A stretch of 64,000 nucleotides of DNA from Gekko japonicus (lineage: Eukaryota), in assembly GCF_001447785.1 (NCBI RefSeq), contig NW_015165855.1:492338-556337 (forward strand), written 5' to 3'. Positions 13,110 through 25,480 of this stretch are shown here, in pieces. Every line of letters begins with the position of its first letter. Within the stretch, counting starts at the first letter, position 1. Both the position numbers and the translations under genes were made by a program. The notes under the pieces are model-generated. The model worked only from the letters and a program-made list of their open reading frames with translations. It had not been told where the DNA came from and searched no databases.

Positions 13110-13740
13110 CTTTGGATACATTACATCCTGTATTAGGGAAAGTATGCCGAAGGCACTCAAAGGCATGATTCTGCTATTTTATGGCTGACTGATTGGCCTC
13201 AACCTGCTTGTGACCACCATTGCTGAAGAAACTCCACCTCTGCTGGTCCATGAAATAAATTGTGCCACTCTTTGCAGCTTCCAGGTACTATGTCTTACAG
13301 CAATTTAACTGGTACACACAAACCACCACAGCAAACTCGTGTACTCCCCTCTCCCCCTGCTCCTTTGATGGTTCTTTGGTGTTTTAAAAATATAGACTAC
13401 TATAGATACAAGTAAACAAACAAATAAATGTCCATTCTCACAATACTTCAAAGTTATTCAAGTGACTGTAACAGAATAACTCAGAACTGTTTAAATATTC
13501 AACCCATATTAATTTTTCAAGTGTACTGACCACAGTGGTATAAAGTTTGCCTAATGTGAAAGATGTAATAAATAAATAAATAAATAAATATATTTCACCT
13601 CTACCAGGAGCTCTTCAATAACTATACGTATTAAATGTCTACATGGAGGTAGCAGAATCAAACTCTCTGCCTTCTACAGTTTCATTCACAATTACTAAGG
13701 ATGTGATTTAATGTTAGTAATTTCAGAAAAGAAAACTCAC

Positions 13741-16703
13741 CTGGTCATTATTTTCTACATTGGAATTTAAGTTGTTCCCAACACTGCCACTTGAAGGTTC
13801 ACTGGATTTATTGCAAGAAACATTCTCCACAATCTGAACAGCTGGTGTCAGGAAGGTAAGTTCATTTTTCCTAGACTCAGAAGATAAACAGAGCTGGTAG
13901 GAATAGGGTAAGGTCCCTTCTTCACAGTTTGGTGGGAACATGCTATTGTTTTTTGGGAAAGAATCTGGACCAATACGTGGGAGGAATTTGGGATTTCCTG
14001 ACTGTCGAACTTTCATCATAATGGCAAGTGTCATAGTGAGGAGAAATAAGAAGGAGATCAAAGCTAAAGCCAGCACCAAATAAAACTGGACTTCAGACTG
14101 ATGATCCAAGTTGCTTGATTGGCTGATCATTTCTGGAAGAGCTTCCTGAAAGTTCTCAGCAAACACCAAGTTCAGCGTTACAGTGGCTGAGAGCGAAGGT
14201 GTCCCATTGTCCTTAATTAAGATGACCAGCTTGTGTTTCACAGCATCTTCCTCCAGAAGGACTCGTGATGTTCTGATCTCCCCTGTGTGGGATCCAATGC
14301 TGAACAGTGCTGGCTCCGTGGCCTGGAGAAGATGGAAGGAGAGCCAAGCATTGTGTCCAGAGTCAGCATCCACAGCCACCACTTTGGTCACTAGATAGCC
14401 TGACTCGGCTGAGTTAGGAACCATCTCAAACAAGGATGAGCCATCAGCTCCTTTCGAGGGATACAGGATCCGAGGGCTGTTATCGTTCTGATCTACAACA
14501 AACACCCACACTGTGACATTGCTGCTGAGAGGGGGGGAGCCGCCATCTTGGGCCTTCACTTGAATGCGAAACTCACGAAATTGCTCGTAGTCGAAGGAAC
14601 GCTGTGCATAGATGGTGCCAGTCTCAGAGTTAATGGACATATAAGAGGATAGAGGAAGGTCTTCGATATTGCTGGTGAGGATGGAGTAAGTGATTCTTGA
14701 GTTGCGGTCCAGATCGGGGTCTGAGGCTTTGACAGTGTAAATGGAGGCCCCCGAAGGGTTGTTTTCTGGCACAAAGAGATGGTAGGAAGATTCTCCAAAG
14801 GCAGGGGAGTTGTCGTTGACGTCTGAAATCTGCAGGGAGATTGTCTTGTGTGTGGAAAGGGGTGGTGTGCCTTTGTCAGTGGCTGTGATTGTAAGGTTGT
14901 AGTGTGGGGTTTTCTCTCTGTCTAGGGCACCCTCTGTGAGGAGCTTGTAATAGTTATTAGATGTTGAAACTATTCTAAATGGGAAATTACTTTGCAAATG
15001 GCAATCACACTTTCCATTTTCTCCAGAATCTCTGTTCTTTACGCTGATAAGAGCGACCACGATGCCAGAAGAAGAGTTTTCAGGAATTGGGCTGAATAAG
15101 GAGGCAATGACCACATCAGGGGCATTGTCATTCTCATCTAAGACCTTAATTTCAACTTTACAGTGTGCCACTAATCCACCTCCATCCTTTGCTTCTATTG
15201 CTATAATATACTTCTCTGTTTCCTCAAAATCCAGTATCTCCTTAATTGTAATTATTCCAAATTGTGGATCTAACTTGAATTTCTGGTGGGCTCTTTCTGC
15301 AGTATTACCAAAACTGTAGGTAATATAAGCATTTGAACCTTCGTCACTATCAGAGGCTGCAACTCGGAGCAAGAGGGATCCTACAGGGGTATTTTCCTTT
15401 AGGCTGACCTTATATACCTCCTGAGTGAAAATGGGTGGGTTGTCATTGGCATCAGTGACGTTAACCCAGATCTGGGCTGTCCCAGTTTTTCTTGGTTCTC
15501 CCCCATCCAAGGCCAGAAGGACCAAATGAAGAGTCTGCTCCCTTTCCCGATCCAAAGGTTTCTGCAGAACCAGTTCTGCATATTTGTTTCCTTCTTCTCC
15601 CTCTCTAACTTCCAGAGTGAAATACTGTGGCATATGCTAATGAGTTATGCTAATGAGTTCCCCTAGCTCTTTTTCTACGAAACGACCTCTGTCCAAGACC
15701 TTAATTTCAACTTTACAGTGTGCCACTAATCCATCTCCATCCTTTGCTTCTACTGTCATAGAATATTTGTCTGTTTCTTCAAAATCTAACACCTCTTTAA
15801 CTCTAGTTATTCCACTTAGTGGATCTAACTTGAATTTCTGGTAGGCTCTTCCAGTGATATTACTAAAACTGTAGGTAATATAAGCATTTGAACCTTCGTC
15901 GCTATCAGAGGCTGCAACTCGGAGCAAGAGGGATCCTACAGGGGTATTTTCCTTTAGGCTGACCTTATATACCTCCTGAGTGAAACTGGGTGGGTTGTCA
16001 TTGGCATCAGTGACGTTAACCCAGATCTGGGCTGTCCCAGTTTTTCTTGGTTCTCCCCCATCCAAGGCCAGAAGGACCAAATGAAGAGTCTGCTCCCTTT
16101 CCCGATCCAAAGGTTTCTGCAGAACCAGTTCTGCATATTTGTTTCCTTCTTCTCCCTCTCTAACTTCCAGAGTGAAATATTGATTTGGACTGAGCTGGTA
16201 ATTCTGGAGAGCGTTCATCCCAGTGTCAGGGTCTTCAGCCATCCCAAGGTAAAATTTGCTTCCCACTGAAGTGGACTCAATTATCTCAAAGCTGATATTG
16301 CTTTTCAAAAAATAGGGTACATTATCATTTATATCCTGAACTGTTACACTTATATGGAAAACATTCAAAGGATTTTCAACCACAGCCTCAAAATTAATAA
16401 CACAAAGTGTGCTGTCCCCACATATTCCCTCACGGTCTATCCTGTCATTTACATAGAGGTTTCCATTTTCTGCATTGATAGTGAAATACTGCTTTTTACC
16501 TTCGGAAAGAATGTGCAGGTTTCTATCCTCAGCTCTCTGGCATTCAGTCCCAAATCCTTGGCAAAATTCCCCACAATGGATCCTATTGCCATCTCCTCAG
16601 GGACCAAATAATGAATGAGTTCTGAAACAGCCAGGCAGATGGGAAGCAGCAACGAGAGAAGCAAAATGTGCCTTCTGAGTGCTCTACTGATTTGGCTCTT
16701 CAT
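13741..16703 (-). pseudogene. Chimeric Pcdh gamma-B-like pseudogene (unit 3)
   Basis: ATG at 16703 and a 1-nt frameshift near 16525 in EC1. A 64-66-bp hAT-MITE terminus at 15626-15691 carries an in-frame TAG (15637-15639). EC2-EC3 is present twice (15137-15627 vs 15692-16182). Donor CAG|GTGAGT at 13741 is intact. No CSE seen upstream. Confidence 0.88.
15626..15691 (-). mobile_element. Terminal fragment of the same hAT MITE family inside pseudogene unit 3
   Basis: Reverse complement of 12729-12794. The TIR end is flush at 15691. Confidence 0.88.
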
Positions 16704-17368
16704 GACTTCCACCTTATTTCTTCTTACGAACTGATTGGAACAAGAGCTTAAATTTCTGTCAGAACACCAGGAATCTTCTTCATTTGCTTATATATATCAC
16801 GTTAAATTTTGCCTTCTTAGCAGCCACACACGGGACGTTTCATTTCATAAAGTGTAGAATCTTCATAGTCTGAGGCTGTGATCAGACAAGCTGTTTGATC
16901 TGATGTCACTCCTGTTCCCTTCTGACTTTAAAATGCATGAGCAGACAGCATTGTCCATATCCTGTTCCCTTGTCATCGGCCTTCTGTTCTCACCCATCCC
17001 TGAATTGGTGTTTTCTGATACCAGAGAAAGTCTGAGGTTTATGGATTGTCTGATTTCTCCCTGCATTTCTGGATATCTGAACTCTCCATTGAGGTCTCAA
17101 GCCAGAAGGGAAGTCTGAACCTTCCCTTCCATTTTTGCTCCTTAAAAAAACCACAACAGTTAGTGATACGTGCATAAGTGTATCTCTGCCACAGGGGTTG
17201 TGAGGAACCAATTGTGCGTTTATGCACCACAATGTTTTGTTGGGATCAGGAGACCCTGGGGGTTGTTAGTGGGTGTGGTCAGATGGCGGGCTGGCAGCAG
17301 TGTAAACCGCTTCGGTTCCAACTAGATGAATTTGATCCTGGGGAAGCATGATCACACTCACCTCTTAC

Positions 17369-17578
17369 ATTACCTTCGGAAAGAATGTGCAGGTTTCTGT
17401 TTCTCAGTTCTTTGTCATTCAGTCCCAGATCTTTTGCAAGATTTCCCACAGTGGAGTGCTTTGCCATCTCTTCATGGATGGAATAACGAATCTCTTCCAA
17501 AGCAGCTATACAGAACAAAGAGGATAACACAAGAAGCATTACTTGCCTTCCAAGAGACCTGGTTTCTGTCCCCTTCAT
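17369..17578 (-). pseudogene. Truncated Pcdh gamma-B-like 5' stub (signal peptide plus half of EC1)
   Basis: [53 protein letters not shown]...NLHILSEG, after which cadherin homology stops abruptly. Confidence 0.88.
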
Positions 17579-17809
17579 TTTCCTGATCCTTTCTGAGAAG
17601 CACTAGAGTTTAAATTTCCACTAAGACAAGGGGGATCTGCAGAACTGAATCCTTAGTGTCTGATTAGCCTGAGCTCATTGCAGTTGTTTCCTTCTCCCCG
17701 AAGAATGTGTTTGTATGTCTCTGTGTTCCGCTGTTTTCCTGATGTGACGGAGAAAATTCTCAGTGGAAAGCATCAGCGGACCTCCACTTTCCTCTCAGAT
17801 TACCGTTCT

Positions 17810-17849
17810 GTCCAACAGCGGCACTCTGAGTCTCAGACAGAGAACTGCA
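17810..17849 (-). promoter_or_regulatory. Intact CSE/CTCF site upstream of the truncated stub
   Basis: TGCAGTTCTCTGTCTGAGACTCAGAGTGCCGCTGTTGGAC, about 240 bp upstream of ATG 17578. Confidence 0.85.
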
Positions 17850-19613
17850 CTGACTCTTGCTGGGGAAGATCAGAGAAAATCTTGGCTGTTGTTTTTTTGT
17901 TTTTTCTTATTTATACATAATGACCCAAACTAAATACTGTATCTGAATCTTCTTCTGTTATAAAACAGAAAGAACACATCTGGGTTTGTTTTTTAAAAAA
18001 AGTCTTTTCAGCTTCCTAATTAGTAAAAGATTCAGCTCCAGAATGATAATATTGGCAACAGAGCAAATTATATTGTTTCACTTATTTTTCAGAAAGAAAC
18101 TTCCAGCACTGACAATTATTTGCAAAGAGTGCAGTGCATGTGAGGAATAATGTGAGCAGCAGAATACAGTTTTTGAAAGATATATTTTAATTAAATTTTA
18201 TTTTTATTATAGAAGGAAGGAAAACACCTGAGTATCTTTTTAACTGGCCATATTCAGACAGAATCTTAGACACTTCTGTTTGTAGATGTACATTTATGAG
18301 GACGCTGACTCAATTTTCATCCTGTCCCGTCATCTCAGGAAAGTTCTCCAGTTCCTGGTTTAGTTGCATCAGCATACCCCCATCCGTGATTGGCTTAGAC
18401 AGTTTTTTAAAAAATCTCATCCTGGCCATTTCCCCTCCCCTTTTTGTTACTGGAGCCTTTTCCTTTCCTTTTCAAAAAATGAGAAAAATGGCGGTTTTGT
18501 GAGAATGGACCCATCATTTGTGCCCTGCACAGGTATTTTGCTAATTCCTTTCCTTTGGAGATGAATATTTCAAACTTTGCCCAACTGACCAGCTACTTAA
18601 TTGCCCTACAGATCTGGCCATCCCATCCAACACTTTGCATGCAGAATAAATGTTATTAGCATAAATAAGGCTGCAGGAGTGCATCACTTAAACTGGAGGA
18701 ATTCAGTGTATGTCTTCGAAAGGTGTATAAGCTCAAACCCAGTACCTGAGTGGAACGAGACTACCAATATAAGAAAAATGTGAAGAAGAAAGGGCAGATT
18801 GAATTAAAATGCAGAAAGTGCAATAAGGAGGCTGGTACTGATGTTCTGCTGTTCTGTTACCAAAACCTTGTACTTTCCCCCAGTCTCTGTGCTGGCTCAC
18901 TTTCTTCATTTCTCACATGACGCTAAGGAAAGAGCACACAGCAGATGACTGCAACTTCCGTGAATATGTTCCTTCTCCATGCTTTGTACATCATGGAGTT
19001 TGGGGGACTTGGCTGATAGTTATGGTTAGCTACAAATAAGGAATCTGCAAGAAGCTTTTCTTGATGTAGGAAGACCCACAAAAATGAAATCTAGCGGCTC
19101 AAGATTTAGAAAGATCTCTAAATGACACATTGGAGACGTTTCACTGGACTATAACTGTTGCCATACTGCTATCCCAGTAAATGGGGGGAAAATAAATTTA
19201 AAAGTCTAATGTTGTACACCTTACTGTGCATTCCTACTACCAACTATCCGTGCTAGTTTTTTTTCATTATGGACTGCTGTTAAGAAATACATTAAGAAAG
19301 ACTGTACTTTTCATCTTGAGCTGCTGGTTTCAATGGTGACTCCACCTTCATTTAATCACAACAAAAACTGCAGCCATAAACTGAACATAGTGACTTTATG
19401 ACTACTGATAGTGTTGTATAAATAATTCAAGTATGGAGTACCAGAGATACTATCACTGGTCCTTCCACCCATCGTACCGTATGTTGAGCATTTCATGCAT
19501 TCACAGTATTCCACATACATCAGGTGCTTTCAAATGTTCAATGAGTGTAGTATGAGGGGAGCAGGGATAATAGCACCAAGGTCCTCCAGTAAGCTACAGG
19601 GATTCATTGGTGC

Positions 19614-19654
<41 letters not shown>

Positions 19655-19683
19655 GAGACAGAGAGACAGAGAGACAGAGAGAC
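19614..19683 (+). repeat. (GA)n/(GACA)n compound microsatellite
   Basis: Directly visible. Confidence 0.95.
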
Positions 19684-19730
19684 TATAAACGCCAGCATTG
19701 TTATATGCACACTTTTATCCAGTTATATCA

Positions 19731-20015
19731 AGAGCCAGTTTGGTGTAGTAGTTAAGTGCGTGGACTCTATCTGGGAGAACCGGGTTTGATTCCCCACTCC
19801 TCCACTTGCACCTGGCTGGATGGCCTTGGGCAAGCCGTAGTTCTGATAAGAGCTGTTCTTGAAAAAGAGCAGTTTCTGTCAAGAGCTCTCTGAGCCCCGC
19901 CTACCTCACAGGGTGTCTGTTGTGGGGAGGGGAAGGGAAAGGAGTTTGTAAGCCGCTCTGAGACACCTTTGGGTAGTGAAGGGCGGGGTATAAATCCAAT
20001 CTCTTCTTCTTCTTC
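19731..20015 (+). mobile_element. tRNA-derived SINE, Squam3-like
   Basis: Head GCCAGTTTGGTGTAGTAGTTAAG...GGTTTGATTCCC and (CTT)n tail, with a second copy at 29591. Family name recalled from memory. Confidence 0.75.
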
Positions 20016-20849
20016 TATCCATGTGACCCTTTTCAGGGTTCCCAATTGCATGGAGAAATCCCTATGTGCAAACACTTGATCATTCGAGCCACAATGAACA
20101 TCTGAAAAGGGTATTTGTCTCAGTAGTTTCTACAAATTATAATGTCCCTGCCAGCATTCCATAATATTTTCACTAGTCAAAGACATTTCTAAATGCTAGA
20201 ATCCTAGACCCCATAAAATCAATCAAGATTAAAAAAACCAATCTTGTTCATGCAGGAGTGAATAAGCCCTTGCTGAACAGCACAACCCAGAAGAAATAAA
20301 CCACAGGTCTGCTCTATGTATATATTTGGAGAAAGAGGGTGGAGATGGGACACGATCTCCTTCATTAAAATCAGAGAGAAAAACGAGAGTCAAAGTAGAG
20401 GAGCTTTGTGGTCAACACTCAAGTAATTGTCCTCAGCGTATCCAGCGCAATCCAATTAGATGTTCACGGAGCTTCCCTAATGGGTTAGAGTGTGAGAGTA
20501 GGGCCTGGGAGGCTGCAAAATTCAGTGGGTGGCCTTGGCCAAGTTGTTCCCTGTCAGCTGAGGGAGAACCATGCTCTCCATTCTGAGCTCTTTGGAGGAA
20601 GGGCAGGATAAAAAAAAATGCATTAGCTAAATAAACATTACAGGTAACAGAGAAGTTGGGGAACTGTGCCTATATTCAGTCATGTAGTACCTGTGATGGA
20701 ACAGCATTTCCATTTGCAGAAGAGGGAATGGTAGTTTCTGCTGATTATTCCATTCCAGCTGATTATTCCATTCCAGCAGATTATTCCATTATTCCCCAAT
20801 TCTGTTCCTAAGGAACTTTTTTTTTCTATTTTTGCACTTGTGTATGTGT

Positions 20850-21053
20850 GTGCATGAGTGCCTGGGCCTGGAAGTCATGGTGACGTCTGGCAATTCCTAC
20901 TGGGGCATGGAGGACATTCAGAGAAGTGGCTTGATAGCCTGCCCCCGCCTCCCGCCTCTGGTATTTCCCTTCCAAGTTACTTGCCAGGGTTGGCCCTGCT
21001 TAGCTTCTGAGATCTGATGAGATCGGGCTTGCCTGGGCTATCCATGTCAGGGC
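20850..21053 (-). mobile_element. 5S rRNA-derived SINE
   Basis: Minus strand GCCCGATCTCATCAGATCTCAGAAGCTAAGCAGGGCCAACCCTGG matches the 5S rRNA internal region. CA-rich tail, paralog at 26.5 kb. Confidence 0.75.
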
Positions 21054-21624
21054 CTAAGGAACACATTTTTGAGTGGCTTGGTGGGCTGCAGTGGGGTGTG
21101 TGTGTGTTAGGATATTCCTGCTCCATGAAGTCAGATACACACCATGACCTCTCATTCCTCTATAAAATTATTTTCAAGGGCATATTGCCTATGATTGTCT
21201 ATTATCCAAGTTGAAATAATTTGTGATGAAGCTGTGGCTCAGATGCAGAGTTATTTCCTTCGCCTGTAGAAGATGCTTTAGCGGGCACCTTTGGCTAAAG
21301 AACCGCAGGTAGTGGATGCTGGGAAATATCCTTCCTGGCCTGAAACCCCTGAAGTGCCAACCCCAGTCAGAGCAAATAATGTTGAGCCAGATCAATCAAC
21401 ATCGGGAGAGGTCATGGATCGGTGGTAGAACATCTGCCTTGCACACAAAAGGTCCTGGGTTCAGTCAAGGACAACTCCAGCTAAAAGGATGAGGTAGTAG
21501 GGGATGTGGAAGACCTCTACATGAGACCCTGGAGAGCCACTGACAATACTGACCTGCATACACCAATTGTCTGACTCAATATAAGGCAGTCTCCTGTGTG
21601 AAGTATTTAAGTGGAGTTGGATGA

Positions 21625-21720
21625 TTATTTGTCAGGGATGTTTGAGGCCATCCTGCATGGTGCAGGGGGTTGGACCGGATGGTCTTTAGGCCCCTTCCAA
21701 CTTTTTGAGCCTATGATTTT
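21625..21720 (+). mobile_element. CR1 LINE 3' fragment
   Basis: GCAGGGGGTTGGAC..GATGG...CCCTTCCAAC...CTATGATT, a typical CR1 3' terminus. Confidence 0.65.
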
Positions 21721-21987
21721 ACGTGTTCAACATGATTTAGGGAAGATTCATACATTCCTATATCCTGAATATCCTAGATATAAGTAACATAGTCCACGTT
21801 GATATACAAAAGACCCTGAATCTACACCAGTTTATATCCATGCAAGTTGAGATTACATGAGCCTAAATCTAGGTACTGGCAGCTCATTGAAGTGGAAAGA
21901 CACCATCGTATACCACGCATTGTAATCATTTTGTGAATGTTATATTTGGTCTTTCTTGCATCAAATTACACCAAAATACCATTAGAG

Positions 21988-22306
21988 CAGTGATAGCAAA
22001 CCTTTTAGAGACTGAGTGCCCAAACTGCAACCCAAAACCCACTTATTTATCGCAAAGTGCCCACACGGCAATTTAACCTGAATACTGAGGTTTTACTTTA
22101 GAAAAAATAACTCATACATTAACTTAAGATGATCCAAACAAAGTAAGGAAAGCAATCCCAAATGCTTTCATTGACTTAAAATTATTTGGCAGAGAATTCG
22201 ACACTTTAATGATGGTCTGGGCCTGGCTGGGGCGATGGCACGCATGCCCACAGAGAGGGCTCTGAGTGCCACCTCTGGCACTCGTGCCATAGGTTCGCCA
22301 CCACTG
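21988..22306. mobile_element. hAT-type MITE
   Basis: TIRs CAGTGATAGCAAACCT / AGGTTCGCCACCACTG. Perfect TSD CATTAGAG. Confidence 0.87.
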
Positions 22307-22809
22307 CATTAGAGCATCACAACATACTGTTGAGATCGTTAACTGAGTTGATTTATACCTAGCAAGAACAAAAGAGTAACTGGCAAAATCCTCCCCAAAA
22401 TATGGTTTTTCAACCCTAGCACTGGTTATACTTTCTCCCATATGGAAAGCTGTGTATCACCTTGACTGATGTACTAAATAACCTTTGAACCAAAATATTG
22501 TGAGATGAACCAAAAGACAAATTTCTGACTCGCCTAATTATGTTTAATGCCCAGATGATCTAAGTGCCATTTCTCCAAATCCTACTGAGAAATGGGAGAG
22601 TCCAAATGATTACACGAGACATCCTTGTACCAAGTGGCTTGGAAGTGCCAGGTCTAAGCTATTTTTAAATGAAACAGAAAGACTACAGTCATGAATATGA
22701 CTGGTCTTTACATACATCTATGTGGACAGCAAAATACTGAATACAACAGCCGTCAGTTGCTCTAGGATTCTGAAGTGTGCAATGAAAATAATCATTAAAG
22801 AACTCTTAC

Positions 22810-25230
22810 CCTTTCTGCATCTTCTGCCTCTGAATGTAAAGTAGTTCCTTCGTTGCCTGTGAAAGGCACACCAGATTTGTCACCACAAAGAATGTTATCT
22901 GCAATCTGAATATTGGGAGTCAGGAAAGTGACCTCATTCTTCCTGGATTCTGAGGACAGGCACAGCTGGTAGGAATAAGGCAAAGTCCCATCTTCAAAGT
23001 TTGGTGGGAAGATGGCTCCAGCCTTTGAATGGGGAACAGGAGCAAAGCACTGCAGGAATTTGGGATTCCCTGATCGCCGAAGCTTCATCAGAATGGCCAG
23101 GATCACTGTCAAGAGGAACAAGAATGACATCAAAGCCAAGGCCAGCACCAGGTAAAACTGCAGGTCAGACTGATAGTCAGGACTGCTGGATTGGCTTTTC
23201 ATTTCTGGAAGGGCCTCCTGAAAGTTCTCAGCAAACACCAGGTTCAGTATCACGGTGGCTGAGAGAGACGGCTGGCCATTATCCTTCACCAAGACGACCA
23301 GTTTCTGTTTTGCAGCATCTTTCTCCAGAAAGGCCCTTGCTGTCCTGATCTCACCAGTGTGAGAACCAACAGTGAAGAATCCTGGTTCAGTGGCTTGAAT
23401 GACATGATAGGAAAGCCAGGCGTTGTGTCCAGAATCAGCATCCACGGCCACCACCTTTGTGACCAGATATCCTGCCTCAGCAGAACGAGGTACCATCTCA
23501 AACAAGGCTGAGCCCTTGGCTTCTTGTGAAGGGGACAGGATCCGTGGGCTGTTGTCATTCCGATCCATGATGAACACCCTCACTGTGACATTGCTGCTGA
23601 GAGAGGGAGAACCACCATCTTGGGCCTTCACTTGCAACTGGAACTCTCTGAACTGTTCATAGTCAAAGGACCTCTGGGCATAGAGAGCTCCAGTCTCAGA
23701 GTTAATGGAGATGTATGAAGAGATGGGGAGCTCCTTGATGTTGCTGTGAAGGATGGAATATGAGATTCGTGAATTTTTGTCCACATCTGGGTCCAAGGCT
23801 TTGACAGTGAAGATGGAAACTCCTGAAGGATTGTTTTCTGGCACATAAATACTGTAGGATGGCTTCTCAAAAGTAGGGAAATTGTCATTGATATCAGAAA
23901 TACGTAGTGAGATGATTTTGTGTGTTGACAAAGGAGGATTCCCTTTGTCAGTGGCTGTGATTGTAATATTATATTCAGAATGTTTTTCTCGATCTAAGGG
24001 GCTGTCAGTTTGGAGCTTGTAGTAATTATTAGAAGATGCCAGAATCTTGAATGGCAAATCATTTTGTAAATTGCAAATAACCTTTCCATTATCACCACTG
24101 TCTTTGTCATTTACATTGATCAGAGCAATCAAGGTTCCTGGTAATGAATCCTCAGGAACTGGGCTGAATAAGGAAACAAGGGTCACCTCTGGGGGGTTGT
24201 CATTCTCATCAACAACCCTTATTTCAATGTTGCAATGTGTCACTAATCCTCCTCCATCTTTTGCTGCTACTGTCATGGTATATTCTTTGGTTTCCTCAAA
24301 GTCCAAGGTACCCTGTAGAATGATTGTGCCTTTGATTGTATCCAAGCTGAATAACTTGTAACTATTTGCTGGTATATTGCTAAAATGATATTTGATCTCG
24401 GCATAAGAACCCTCATCATTATCAGAAGCTACAACTTGGAGTACAAGAGACCCAACTGGCAAATTCTCCCGCAAGCTAACCTTGTAGACCTCTTGTGTGA
24501 AGATAGGTGGGTTGTCATTGGCATCAGTGACATTAACCCATATCTGGGCAGTCCCAGTTCTCTTAGGTTCACCCCCATCTAGGGCTGTCAGTATGAACTG
24601 GAGGGTCTGTTCCTTTTCACGATCTAGTGGTTTACTTAGGACCAGTTCTGCATATTTATTCCCATCTTCTCTTTCTCTGACTTCCAAAATGAAGTACTTA
24701 TTGGGGCTGAGTTGGTAATTCTGGAGAGAATTCATCCCAATGTCAGGATCTTCAGCTTTTCCAATGAGAAATCTGGTGCCTGGCAATGTTACTTCACTTG
24801 TCTCCAACTGGATTTTGCTGTTAAGAAACTGTGGTGCATTATCGTTAATGTCCTGAATTGTTACAGTTATATGGAAAATATTCAGTGGGTTTTCAACCAC
24901 TGCCTCAAAATTCACAAGGCAAATGGATGTTGTGTCACAAATTGCCTCCCTGTCTATTCTGTCATTTACATAGAGGTTTCCATTCCCTGCATTGATACTG
25001 AAATAGTGCATTTTAGTCACAGAGACAGCATGCAGATTGCGTCCTGCTAGTTCTTTAGCATTCAGTCCCAAATCCTTAGCGAGATTCCCCACAATAGAAC
25101 CCTTTGGCATCTCTTCAGGTATGGAATACTGAATCTGCTCTGAGGCAGCCCAGCAGTACATCGACAATAAAGAGAGAAGCAGTACTTGCCTTCCAAGTGC
25201 CGGGACATACTCTCTTTGCTTTCTCTCCAT
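22810..25230 (-). CDS. PCDHGB: Protocadherin gamma-B-like variable exon (unit 4), intact, 807 codons
   Basis: Full SP-EC1-6-TM-VCD ORF. Donor AGG|GTAAGA at 22810/22809, phase 0. Confidence 0.93.
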
Positions 25231-25480
25231 CCGAGTCCTTGATGAGTTAGCTGTCGTCTTTTGTTGTCAGCTTTTAGGAAGATCAGATTAAATTCTCCAC
25301 AGGAAGGAGGAAACCTGTAAGAATAATTAACTGCTTTTTAAAAAATTGGTTTTGGATAACATCACAGTGGCTGCGTCTTTGTGCTCTGCTCTTCACCCAA
25401 TCTGTACGGCACTGATAAAACAATCGCGCTCCAGCAAACATCACTGGATCGCCATCCTCTGTCTATATAGCTACCATGTT

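Noticed and set aside
16860-17350. Possible L1 ORF1/5'UTR relic between the stub and unit 3, and a similar L1-like stretch at 4130-4680
   Set aside because: Only a vague resemblance by eye. Needs a RepeatMasker/tBLASTn hit before being listed as a feature.
20960-21053. 5S rRNA gene, and tRNA genes at the SINE heads
   Set aside because: Diverged, incomplete and fused to SINE bodies and tails, so these are retroposon heads rather than RNA genes
22262-22290. CTCF-like GCCAGAGGTGGCAC inside the hAT MITE
   Set aside because: The 5' half of the core mismatches and there is no upstream module, so it is too weak to call
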